From IMG/VR virus record IMGVR_UViG_3300031951_000015, positions 64,001 to 128,000 of that record: a stretch of DNA of 64,000 nucleotides; one strand, given 5' to 3'. The position numbers and the translations under genes were made by a program. Below, in pieces: positions 8,212-16,298 of the stretch. The notes below the pieces were generated by a model. The model saw nothing but the letters and a program-made list of their open reading frames with translations. It searched no databases and was not told the origin of the DNA. This stretch comes from a virus. The first letter of the stretch is position 1, and every line of letters begins with the position of its first letter.

Positions 8212-8456
8212 TAGAGTTCATCGTCCTCCAACTCATCAGCAAGACGCAGTATAGCACCCTTTACCCACTTCTGTCCCTTGATGAAATAATTTTTTTCCAT
8301 ACTCAATTCTCGGTCAGGGTCTGGTTCAATATTGAGACCCTCCACTACTTCACGGAGAGCAGCAGCAACGGCAGCATTATCATAATAATTTGGACCTGGA
8401 CCCAACTTACTATAATACTCATTCATTACTTGTTGTGCTCTGTTTTTTCTACTCAT
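8211..8456 (-). CDS. Hypothetical helical protein (RAQ...LADELE family)
   Basis: ORF track; resembles 8453..8644. Confidence 0.65.
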   Translation of the reverse strand: MSRKNRAQQVMNEYYSKLGPGPNYYDNAAVAAALREVVEGLNIEPDPDRELSMEKNYFIKGQKWVKGAILRLADELEDDEL

Positions 8457-8644
8457 AGTGCTTCTACCTCATTGGCAAGTTCATACAATACATCAACAGG
8501 ACTTTGAAGTTCTCCACAATCAGTACAAAGTCGTGCTGCTGCTTCGTTGATGATAAAAGCAATCAGTTTCTTGCGGTCATCCTTCTGTGGTCGCAATGTG
8601 AGTTCCATAGAAGCATCTAGGAGTTCTTGTGCCCTAGTCGTCAT
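8453..8644 (-). CDS. Hypothetical helical protein (RAQ...LANEVE family)
   Basis: ORF track. Confidence 0.65.
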   Translation of the reverse strand: MTTRAQELLDASMELTLRPQKDDRKKLIAFIINEAAARLCTDCGELQSPVDVLYELANEVEAL

Positions 8645-8904
8645 TTGTGTTCTTTATACCAACGAAGGTCTCTTGGTTTCCAATCAACTATACTACAATC
8701 AAATTGAAATCGTTTGTATCGGATAAAACCACCGAACAAATGACTGGAACCAATACTCAACTGAAATGCTGGGAATAAATCATCACATCCATAATCATCC
8801 CATTGGAGAGTAATATCCAACAGAGCAAATCTGCGGCATGAGAGAACTTGGAGAAACCATTCTTTCCCATAGTCCTCATAGGTTTCATAGTCAAAGAGTT
8901 TCAT
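8641..8904 (-). CDS. Hypothetical protein, paralog of 10871..11155
   Basis: MKL...DYGKEW...RR..LL shared between the two. Confidence 0.7.
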   Translation of the reverse strand: MKLFDYETYEDYGKEWFLQVLSCRRFALLDITLQWDDYGCDDLFPAFQLSIGSSHLFGGFIRYKRFQFDCSIVDWKPRDLRWYKEHK

Positions 8905-9340
8905 CAATCCTCTCCATTTTAGCAAGGGGTTCGTGTCCCCATTTCATAGGGTCATCATAGCATACCTGCATCATTTCAGGCCACTTTCTTTCCGAATCCT
9001 CACTCTCAATAATACCTTCTTCTACTGCCCGTTCCCAAGAAAGTTTCTTACGAATAACACAGTGAAGGTCATAAAGAACTCCATTATTCTTGGGAAGGTC
9101 TGGATGCCCAATACCCAAAGAAACTTGAGGACAATCAATATCATCTACCATATGATTGCAAAGAATATTGCCAATCGTGCGTGTGTCTTCGTGAAGTTTG
9201 GTATAATCAGTCGGTTTTTTAAGAGGCAACCAATCCACAATCTCTTCCCACTGCCCCAACTGAACTCGTTGGAGTACATCAGTAGCATATTGCAGTGCCC
9301 GTGCCTGTTCTTCTGTGATAGTGAGAGTGTAGGTTTTCAT
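8891..9340 (-). CDS. Hypothetical protein
   Basis: 149 aa ORF. Confidence 0.7.
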   Translation of the reverse strand: MKTYTLTITEEQARALQYATDVLQRVQLGQWEEIVDWLPLKKPTDYTKLHEDTRTIGNILCNHMVDDIDCPQVSLGIGHPDLPKNNGVLYDLHCVIRKKLSWERAVEEGIIESEDSERKWPEMMQVCYDDPMKWGHEPLAKMERIDETL

Positions 9341-9627
9341 GGATTTGTAGGTTGTTCAGGTGGCACAGGGGGTGGTGCTACTGGAGGTAGTATAACGGGT
9401 TGTTGAACTGCTTGCACTTGAGGTTGTGCCACTTGCTCAACTGGTTGTGCTGGTTGTGCTGGTTCTTCTAGTTTCTTTTCAAGTTCTTGGATTTTCTGTT
9501 CCAGAGTCTGTTCCAGAGGAGCAGTTTGTGCGTTTTTAATATCCTCAGAAATCTTCCAACTTGCAAGACCCACACTAAAAATACTAGCAAGGGCAGCAAC
9601 AACAGAAACAGTTTTAGAAAAACTCAT
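9337..9627 (-). CDS. Membrane-anchored Pro/Gln-rich protein
   Basis: N-terminal TM helix, coiled coil, P/Q-rich tail. Confidence 0.7.
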   Translation of the reverse strand: MSFSKTVSVVAALASIFSVGLASWKISEDIKNAQTAPLEQTLEQKIQELEKKLEEPAQPAQPVEQVAQPQVQAVQQPVILPPVAPPPVPPEQPTNP

Positions 9628-9806
9628 TGGTATTCGTCCTCAGGAAAAGTAAAGTATTCGTGAATCGCAGACATCACAGCATCTTCAATATGCTCAATCA
9701 CAGCACCTTCACTGGGGTTTTCTACATGTTTGTGTGCCCGATGCCATCCTTGACGCACACCCTCTTCAATTGCCTGTTCTAAAATGACATAAAACTTAGG
9801 TTTCAT
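9624..9806 (-). CDS. Hypothetical protein
   Basis: ORF track. Confidence 0.65.
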   Translation of the reverse strand: MKPKFYVILEQAIEEGVRQGWHRAHKHVENPSEGAVIEHIEDAVMSAIHEYFTFPEDEYQ

Positions 9807-9988
9807 TCTTCTTCCTCACAAGGGAACATAGCATCATACTCTTCATCGGTCAGAGTCAGGTACTGAACATCAGCATCTTGGTGTTCTTCGGCATACATCA
9901 GTTGATAGTGTGCGAAGTCAGAGAGACTTGTGCTCCCATATTCTACCAGACCATCAACCAAGCACAAGTAGTTCATAATACCTCCCAA
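9803..9988 (-). CDS. Hypothetical acidic protein
   Basis: ORF track. Confidence 0.6.
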   Translation of the reverse strand: MGGIMNYLCLVDGLVEYGSTSLSDFAHYQLMYAEEHQDADVQYLTLTDEEYDAMFPCEEEE

Positions 9989-10179
9989 TCACATTCCCAA
10001 TGACAATCGTTGTTTACATTGACCCAGAAGAAGTATTTCTGATTCTCGGATGCAAGAAACATCATACCATCACCCTTGTCTTGCTCAACAATACAAACAG
10101 GATTGTTGCCCATCATATTACACAGACGGTTCTTCGCCTTGCTGCTTTTGGGTCTTACGGTTACTCTTTTCATTTTCAA
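9973..10179 (-). CDS. Hypothetical cyanophage protein
   Basis: ORF track. Confidence 0.65.
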   Translation of the reverse strand: MKMKRVTVRPKSSKAKNRLCNMMGNNPVCIVEQDKGDGMMFLASENQKYFFWVNVNNDCHWECDWEVL

Positions 10180-10390
10180 TCTCTAGTTTGAGTTTACGAA
10201 TTCCAGTAATGAAGTAAGCAAAGTCACGGGTCTCTGTGATAGGTTTGGTTTCACCACACACATCACAGGTTGACGTATAAACAGAAGAACAACCTACCGA
10301 ATAAACACCATAGGTTCGTCCACAATCCATACAGGTATTATAAGCAGTTTCAAGTCTCTTGAGAAGTGCTTTCTTTTCTTTGAGGTTCAT
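10118..10390 (-). CDS. Small zinc-ribbon protein (CxxC...CxxC), start MNLKE
   Basis: CMDCG...CDVCGE motifs; downstream of the promoter at 10431. Confidence 0.6.
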   Translation of the reverse strand: MNLKEKKALLKRLETAYNTCMDCGRTYGVYSVGCSSVYTSTCDVCGETKPITETRDFAYFITGIRKLKLEIENEKSNRKTQKQQGEEPSV

Positions 10391-10544
10391 AAGGTCCAAG
10401 TTCAACACGGGGTTTTGTGTCTGCAAGGTAATCATACAGCATCTGGGCGAACCCGTACTGGGGTTTTGTGCCAGTTTCAATACTGGATGAGGTGGCAACA
10501 GTCCACATTATATCAAGTTGTAGTTTATCAGGTAAGTTCTTCAT
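10350..10544 (-). CDS. Hypothetical protein overlapping a promoter box
   Basis: ORF track. Confidence 0.45.
   Translation of the reverse strand: MKNLPDKLQLDIMWTVATSSSIETGTKPQYGFAQMLYDYLADTKPRVELGPYEPQRKESTSQET
10431..10488 (-). promoter_or_regulatory. Early-type promoter with upstream box
   Basis: atcata (TATGAT) 10431-10436; gtgccagtt at 10468 (31 nt gap). Confidence 0.6.
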
Positions 10545-10878
10545 CTAAATCAACATCAATACCATCAGTAAGGTCTTTCAATCGGTCAAAGAAATCTTCA
10601 TCAAGTGGATATACCTTTTCTTCTCCTCTATCAATTCTATCACACATTTCCATCAGGTACTCAAGAAACTCTTTGGGGTAGGTTTCATCTAGGTTGATAC
10701 TTGTCCAAAACCACTGGTAACATTCTTCATATGGGTCATCAGTTGGAAGTAGAGCATAGTCCTTATAGTTTCCACTGATGAGGTCTCTCCACATCTTGAA
10801 GTTATTCCACATCTCTCTCCAACCAGTTTGGAAGCAGTGACCAAAGTAATATTCAAACCAGTTTAGTTTTTTAGCCAT
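10528..10878 (-). CDS. Hypothetical aromatic-rich protein
   Basis: ORF track. Confidence 0.7.
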   Translation of the reverse strand: MAKKLNWFEYYFGHCFQTGWREMWNNFKMWRDLISGNYKDYALLPTDDPYEECYQWFWTSINLDETYPKEFLEYLMEMCDRIDRGEEKVYPLDEDFFDRLKDLTDGIDVDLDEELT

Positions 10879-11155
10879 CTTTCAACTTCATATAATCTCT
10901 TGCACGGTAAAACAATTCATCACGCCAGTTACGACCACAAATATCAAAAGTGAAACCTAACCGACCAATAGAAAATAGAAAGGAGAATAGTCTTCCATAT
11001 CCCATAGAGATTTGAAGATAAGGAAATTCAATCCATTTCCCATACTCTCCATAATCAAAAGCAAGTTGAAGTAGTGAATATCGTCTTCCAGTACAAAGAG
11101 TCATATACCATTCTTTTCCGTAGTCGTTTCTTTCGCCAAATTGAATGAGTTTCAT
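10871..11155 (-). CDS. Hypothetical protein, paralog of 8641..8904
   Basis: Shared DYGKEW motif. Confidence 0.7.
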   Translation of the reverse strand: MKLIQFGERNDYGKEWYMTLCTGRRYSLLQLAFDYGEYGKWIEFPYLQISMGYGRLFSFLFSIGRLGFTFDICGRNWRDELFYRARDYMKLKDG

Positions 11156-11157
11156 AA

Positions 11158-11361
11158 TCAGTAAGGTAACGACTTCAGACCATCTAATACTTCTTGGAAT
11201 CTTTCGGCACGACTCTTGTGGTGCTCTACATTCTCTTCCAATACACCTACAATATCGTCCAGCACAACATCCAGAGAGGCATCAGTATCAAAGTATTTCT
11301 GGATTGCTTCGGCAAGGTATCTCCTCCGACTCCATTCCATACTATAAGGACGATAATTCAT
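11158..11361 (-). CDS. Hypothetical cyanophage protein
   Basis: ORF track; sigma70 promoter upstream. Confidence 0.7.
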   Translation of the reverse strand: MNYRPYSMEWSRRRYLAEAIQKYFDTDASLDVVLDDIVGVLEENVEHHKSRAERFQEVLDGLKSLPY

Positions 11362-11382
11362 AATCAGAAAGTATATGCAGGT

Positions 11383-11411
11383 ATTATAGGGTATCTAGGG
11401 CAGTTTGTCAA
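11383..11411 (-). promoter_or_regulatory. Consensus sigma70 promoter TTGACA-N17-TATAAT
   Basis: tgtcaa 11406-11411 and attata 11383-11388 on the plus strand. Confidence 0.8.
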
Positions 11412-11611
11412 TCTTTGTTTTTTCTATCATACTGATGCCACTTGCACCAACCATCGGCAGCAATCTTTCCTTTTACTGCGGTACAGGCATTCGGTGGTCT
11501 CCACATATTACAATTGGAGCACTTCTCATTGCCCTTCGGATGATTTTGATATTTTGCTGTTTCCTTAGAAGACTTTTCTTCTTCTGCTATAAACTCTTGA
11601 TAGGATTTCAT
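11408..11611 (-). CDS. HiPIP-like (high-potential 4Fe-4S) protein with T4 capsid-targeting-like N-terminus
   Basis: YQ..P.G...CSNC..W....C..V.G.I...GWC..W HiPIP pattern; N-terminal MKSYQEFIAEE. Confidence 0.78.
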   Translation of the reverse strand: MKSYQEFIAEEEKSSKETAKYQNHPKGNEKCSNCNMWRPPNACTAVKGKIAADGWCKWHQYDRKNKD

Positions 11612-11614
11612 TGG

Positions 11615-12088
11615 TTAAGTTGTCTCTTGTAACATTTTTCTATAACAATCTCTGGCAATAATTGCTTCATCTATCGTATCATAAGTGCCAACATAGTAGT
11701 TAATCTTTTTATGCCACATATTGACTTGATATTTACCAGATGGGACTTTTTTTATATTTCTCAACTCACCATTGGGACATCTGCGATTTATATTTTGTGT
11801 AGAGTTGTCTGCCCATCTTATATTGCCAGGAATATATCCAGAGTTGTTGTTTATTCTATCAATAGAATATCCTTCTGGTCTTTCACCCAAATTTTCATCA
11901 ATATATTTTAGAAACTTTATAAAACCTGGCGGAGTTTGTGTGGTGCCGTGAAACCCTCTTTCAGACCACTCTTCAAAAATTTCTATCCCACGAGCACCAT
12001 ACTCTGAATAGTTTATATTTTTTGGATCTTTACATCTGCGTATCATACCATTCCAAGTATGATATAGGGGGTGTTGTGATACTTTCAT
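11615..12088 (-). CDS. HNH-AP2 homing endonuclease-like protein
   Basis: W..M..RC, YGARGI, SIDRINNNSGY.PGN.RWA...QN.NRR; C-terminal AP2-like YVGTYDTIDEAIIARD. Confidence 0.85.
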   Translation of the reverse strand: MKVSQHPLYHTWNGMIRRCKDPKNINYSEYGARGIEIFEEWSERGFHGTTQTPPGFIKFLKYIDENLGERPEGYSIDRINNNSGYIPGNIRWADNSTQNINRRCPNGELRNIKKVPSGKYQVNMWHKKINYYVGTYDTIDEAIIARDCYRKMLQETT

Positions 12089-12090
12089 TG

Positions 12091-12180
12091 TAAGTCTTGG
12101 CGTGACTGATACTATTTATAATAACATATGTGTGGGTCTTACGCAACATAATTCCGCCAAGACTTATTGTTGCTGCCCAC
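12091..12180 (-). promoter_or_regulatory. Structured leader: upstream hairpin with loop complementary to the endonuclease 5' UTR, flanking late promoter TATAAATA
   Basis: 12-bp inverted repeat taagtcttggcg (12091-12102) / cgccaagactta (12155-12166); tatttata 12113-12120. Confidence 0.65.
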
Positions 12181-12182
12181 CA

Positions 12183-12506
12183 TCAATCACGAGTGCGCCA
12201 ATCAGTGTCATCTTCATCTCTCTTAAACCAATCGTGTAAGTCATCAGGAGAATCAAAACCACGACGACCAAATCTTTCGTGACCCAATCCACCAATATCT
12301 AATTGATTCATAAAGTCGTCTAAGTCACCTTCTACCATATCTGGATTCTCTGCTCTCCTTCTTGCCTGACGAAGGATTGTTGCAGCACTTCGGTTTGCTT
12401 TGGCGAGTTTTTCACACCAAATCATTTCACTTAATTCAACTGACTCACCTTTTACAATCTTATCACAAATTGATTCAAGTCTGAGTCTGTATTGTGTGGA
12501 AAGCAT
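12183..12506 (-). CDS. Conserved cyanophage hypothetical protein (MLSTQYRLRLE family)
   Basis: ORF track; late promoter-like upstream. Confidence 0.75.
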   Translation of the reverse strand: MLSTQYRLRLESICDKIVKGESVELSEMIWCEKLAKANRSAATILRQARRRAENPDMVEGDLDDFMNQLDIGGLGHERFGRRGFDSPDDLHDWFKRDEDDTDWRTRD

Positions 12507-12526
12507 ATTCTAACTCCAGATATGGG

Positions 12527-12760
12527 TTATTTATTTTTGTATTCATCCATTAACTCTTTTGCGAGTTTCATAGACCGACGCCACATAAGATACTTCACAA
12601 TCGGATTTGCAGGATTATGTAATATCCACCACTTTGTCTTTTCATATTGAACTCTTGCAAGTTGAGTGAGCATATAAAACCCTCTTGCGACTGATTGATC
12701 GGTGATAATCAGATATGCGATGCAAAAGAATATGATAAAGTAAATGTATGAGGTACTCAT
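12527..12760 (-). CDS. Small membrane protein
   Basis: N-terminal TM helix. Confidence 0.7.
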   Translation of the reverse strand: MSTSYIYFIIFFCIAYLIITDQSVARGFYMLTQLARVQYEKTKWWILHNPANPIVKYLMWRRSMKLAKELMDEYKNK

Positions 12761-12919
12761 TGTCTTAGAGTTTTGAGATATTCTAACACATGCTCACGAA
12801 CAATCATGAGTTCGTTGTAACATTCTTGATTATGAGCACAGTTTCTCAATTCATGATCTGGTTTCAGAACACTCTCTTCAAATAAAGTCAAACCACGATT
12901 CCATTTATCGGATTGAGAT

Positions 12920-13090
12920 TCATTTTGCATCTTTTTTAATCACCACAGGGCAGGATGGAATAGTTTCACGAATGAGATTGATAAGTTCTACTTTGATTTC
13001 ATTCGATAACATTTTATGTGTTCGAATTCGATTGATAACATCATGAGCTTGACCGCAGGTGATAATCGTAGTGAGAAACAGAGCAGTCAT
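12920..13090 (-). CDS. Small protein (56 aa), apparent paralog of the riboswitch-nested ORF 47066..47221
   Basis: MTALFLTTIITCGQAHDVINRI...CPVVIKKDAK; AGGAG RBS and ATAAATA promoter upstream. Confidence 0.7.
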   Translation of the reverse strand: MTALFLTTIITCGQAHDVINRIRTHKMLSNEIKVELINLIRETIPSCPVVIKKDAK

Positions 13091-13114
13091 AGCTCTCTCC
13101 TATTCTCAAAATAT

Positions 13115-13321
13115 TTATTGACCAAATCCCTTGCTCTTAACCTTTTGTTTATCTTTTACGATGATAACATCTAAAAAATCGGGGATCTGGCAGTTCTGGA
13201 ACCAGAACCCCTGAGCATCCGTCCAATTGTCGAAAAATACCTTTTTGTCATTTTTCAGGACAACTTCATAGGTATGTCTATCATAAGGGACATCAGATGT
13301 GACTTTAAATGTCTGAGTCAT
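13115..13321 (-). CDS. Hypothetical protein (C-terminal KGF motif)
   Basis: ORF track. Confidence 0.7.
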   Translation of the reverse strand: MTQTFKVTSDVPYDRHTYEVVLKNDKKVFFDNWTDAQGFWFQNCQIPDFLDVIIVKDKQKVKSKGFGQ

Positions 13322-13539
13322 AGAAATTTGTCCAGTGATGAGACTGATTTGCCGTTCATTGCCTTCTGAATATAAGACTTGGCAGTCTTATAGGTGCTGG
13401 CAGTGTGAACTTGCTGCCCATTGTGAATGATAACAAACTTTTTACCATAAGGAACGGCAGCCCACATGCCATCCTTAGTCACATATCCGTTGGGGTCTCC
13501 TGGTTTAGGATTCAGAATACCTTCATTTTGTATATTCAT
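13318..13539 (-). CDS. Hypothetical cyanophage protein
   Basis: ORF track. Confidence 0.7.
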   Translation of the reverse strand: MNIQNEGILNPKPGDPNGYVTKDGMWAAVPYGKKFVIIHNGQQVHTASTYKTAKSYIQKAMNGKSVSSLDKFL

Positions 13540-13540
13540 T

Positions 13541-14329
13541 TCAGTTAAAAAATTGATCTAAAGGATTAAAAGATCGGATTCGTTCCATTGCCATATTAAC
13601 ATACTCCTCATGAATTTCAACTCCAAGATACTTCCGTTTCAAATCAATACATGAAATTGCAGTTGTCCCAGATCCCATAAAAGGATCAAGAACTAAATCA
13701 CCAATGTAACTGTAATACTTAATGATACGATCAGACAGTTCTTTTGGATAGGGCGCTAAATGATCTGAATGTGTTTCTGGATTGATCTTCCATACGTTAG
13801 ATCGTTCATAGTCTTCATTGACAAGTGATTGCTCTAATACATCACCATCATAAGATCGAACAACTTTATCAATTAAGAATGGTGCTGGTTTCTGAAATAC
13901 AAAGATAGTCTCAGTTACAATGTTTGGTTTGTATGCAACTGGTTTGCGATGTTGAAAGAATCCACCATTACGATTAATTGATGCACCCTCAGGTTTTAAC
14001 CAGATAATATCATCAATGTATTTCCATCCCATTTGTTCCATTAAAGTAAAAAAATGAAATGGAATTGCAAGACGTTTACTCTCATGTGCCCGTGATTGTC
14101 TTGCCTCAATCACTGGAGAAAGATTTACAACACACATTCTACCTGGTTGAGTGACTCTTAACACTTCAAGAAACACATTTCTCAAGAAGTCAAGATACTC
14201 TTGGTAAGTTGGCCAAGTTGAATATTCTCTGGCGTTATAATATGGAGGAGAGGTGCAAGTAAGATGCACACTCTCACTTTCTATTTCTTTTAAAAGTCGG
14301 GATGAATCTCCCTGTAAGATCTGATCCAT
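13541..14329 (-). CDS. DNA amino-methyltransferase, beta class (N4-C/N6-A)
   Basis: Catalytic TSPPY before the SAM motif VLDPFMGSGTT; H.APYP.EL. Confidence 0.92.
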   Translation of the reverse strand: MDQILQGDSSRLLKEIESESVHLTCTSPPYYNAREYSTWPTYQEYLDFLRNVFLEVLRVTQPGRMCVVNLSPVIEARQSRAHESKRLAIPFHFFTLMEQMGWKYIDDIIWLKPEGASINRNGGFFQHRKPVAYKPNIVTETIFVFQKPAPFLIDKVVRSYDGDVLEQSLVNEDYERSNVWKINPETHSDHLAPYPKELSDRIIKYYSYIGDLVLDPFMGSGTTAISCIDLKRKYLGVEIHEEYVNMAMERIRSFNPLDQFFN

Positions 14330-14754
14330 TGAATTTTTCTACTCGATGCTTTGTTACTATCACAATCACCGTTAATTAGTGATTTTCGACCATGACACAG
14401 TTTACAATAAGTTTTAACATTGTCTGGAATATTGTTATGATGATCGCCATCTAGATGGTCAAGATCCAAACTGTTTTCAAATCCAACCCATCCATCTTTA
14501 GGAACTGGACAAGTCCATCCAAGATGTCCATCATGATTTTCACAATATGATTTCTTATGAATTGTAACTCCAGGAATTACTTTACCATTCTTTCGAGCAC
14601 TAGTGCAACGGGAACATTCGGATTTGAAAGACCAATACTTCCATTCTCGCACAAGAACTTTATTATTACAACCATCATTGACACATGTAGGAAGTTCATG
14701 CCCTTCGACAAAGAACTTCTCTTTCATTTGTTTGGAAAGACTCAACATAATCAA
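14290..14754 (-). CDS. HNH endonuclease with Zn-binding Cys motifs
   Basis: LDLDHLDGDHHNN...N....CKLCH..K. Confidence 0.82.
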   Translation of the reverse strand: MIMLSLSKQMKEKFFVEGHELPTCVNDGCNNKVLVREWKYWSFKSECSRCTSARKNGKVIPGVTIHKKSYCENHDGHLGWTCPVPKDGWVGFENSLDLDHLDGDHHNNIPDNVKTYCKLCHGRKSLINGDCDSNKASSRKIQWIRSYREIHPDF

Positions 14755-14891
14755 AATACAATGTTAGAGGACATTACACGGGCATTTGGATATTGTGCAA
14801 GAGCAACTTGTATTGCTTCTTGACGATTGCGGGCATAACACTCAACATAGAATGTTTGTCCACTAACCATGCAGGTGACACGATGCTTCAT
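14751..14891 (-). CDS. Small conserved cyanophage protein (MKHRVTC...)
   Basis: C-terminal part of ORF 14751..15020, GAGG RBS; EA...ALA..PNARV motif. Confidence 0.65.
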   Translation of the reverse strand: MKHRVTCMVSGQTFYVECYARNRQEAIQVALAQYPNARVMSSNIVF

Positions 14892-14898
14892 AATTACC

Positions 14899-16179
14899 TC
14901 AGCGTTTGATGGTGGAGATTGCAGGTTCGCCTTGAACAAAGATCGTCTCAGCGACACTCTGCAAACGTTTGGCAGTTGCGATGCCAACGTTACTATACAC
15001 GGGAACATGAATGAACCCATAGGACTTGTGATAGTCCTTCAACTGTCCAGGCACCAAAGAACCCTCTGAGAGGCGCTTAGAATCGTCTGGATGGAGGCGA
15101 ATCACACGCCCAATGGTCTGTGCCATAGCAATGTAATCCATGTTCCTCATGAGGACGCAGGAGGTCAATCCAGGACAGTTGATACCCTCAGAAAGGATGC
15201 TGTAGTGAAGAATGATGAACTTCTTCTCAGGATCCTTACCCCATGCAGTCAGAGTGTCAAAAAACAGTTCACGGGAAACCTTTTTGTTGTTGATGAATGC
15301 ACCATACTTTGCAGTCACCCACAATACATCATAACCATGTGACTGAACTTCTGTCATAAAATCAGTCTCAGCAAGCATTCGAACCAACACTTTAGTATTG
15401 GGTGCTGCTACCAAAACCTTCTGCATATTGTCCTCATTGAGAATCTTATCCAGAAGAGTCATGCAATCACGCTCTGCTGCATCATCTTTGTCACGAATTG
15501 CATTGATCTGACTCACACAAACCTGAGGAGGAACAATGAAACCACCTTCAACCAATTCAGGTGCAGCAACATTACAAATTACTTGACCATATACAGATCC
15601 ATCATTCATGCCAGGTTTGGAAATAGTAGCAGAATGCTTAGGAGTAGCAGTGAAGAAATAGCAGCGGTTAGCAGTAGCAGAGAAGTGTTTTGTAGCAGGG
15701 AAAAAATGACTCTTAACACTGTTGTGTGCTTCATCAAAGTAAATAGTGTCAATATGAATGTCTGCTTGCTGTAGACGCTGTAGAGAGTTGTAGGTAGTGA
15801 AGATCAGTTTGTGTTTGGGAGCATCAGGATTGAATGCACTAGTCACAATTTGATTCCAATACTGAATCTCAGAGGGTTTTGTAGTGCTAAAATGCCTTGT
15901 TTCCCCCGAATGGATATGAATAACAGATGCATTAGTAACATACTCCAAGAATTCAGCAGACAACTGTTCACTCAAAAGAATACGAGGAGCAACTACAACA
16001 ATAGTTTGAGGATCGCTATTGGAAAACTCTTTGATCGCATCAGCAATCATGGTCAGAGTCTTTCCAGCACCAGTCGGCATGATCAATTGACCAATACGAT
16101 ACTTGAGCATTGCTTCAAGACCGCGTTGCTGGTGAGGACGGAGTTGAATCACAGGGATCATTGCGTATGAGACTATCAT
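14899..16179 (-). CDS. SF2 helicase (ResIII/DEAH-like)
   Basis: PTGAGKT Walker A, FDEAH, TAT, QTIGRVIR. Confidence 0.9.
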   Translation of the reverse strand: MIVSYAMIPVIQLRPHQQRGLEAMLKYRIGQLIMPTGAGKTLTMIADAIKEFSNSDPQTIVVVAPRILLSEQLSAEFLEYVTNASVIHIHSGETRHFSTTKPSEIQYWNQIVTSAFNPDAPKHKLIFTTYNSLQRLQQADIHIDTIYFDEAHNSVKSHFFPATKHFSATANRCYFFTATPKHSATISKPGMNDGSVYGQVICNVAAPELVEGGFIVPPQVCVSQINAIRDKDDAAERDCMTLLDKILNEDNMQKVLVAAPNTKVLVRMLAETDFMTEVQSHGYDVLWVTAKYGAFINNKKVSRELFFDTLTAWGKDPEKKFIILHYSILSEGINCPGLTSCVLMRNMDYIAMAQTIGRVIRLHPDDSKRLSEGSLVPGQLKDYHKSYGFIHVPVYSNVGIATAKRLQSVAETIFVQGEPAISTIKR

Positions 16180-16269
16180 AGCAGAAAACCGTCCCTGATG
16201 CGACTCAGTGGACGGTTTCCTAAGTGTCCTATGAAGCTTTAGATTCTCATCTTCAACCGGGACAAAGGT

Positions 16270-16298
16270 AGTCTACTAGGATTGTTGTTTTTTGTCAA
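16270..16298 (-). promoter_or_regulatory. sigma70 promoter TTGACA-N17-TAGACT
   Basis: tgtcaa 16293-16298; agtcta 16270-16275. Confidence 0.7.
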
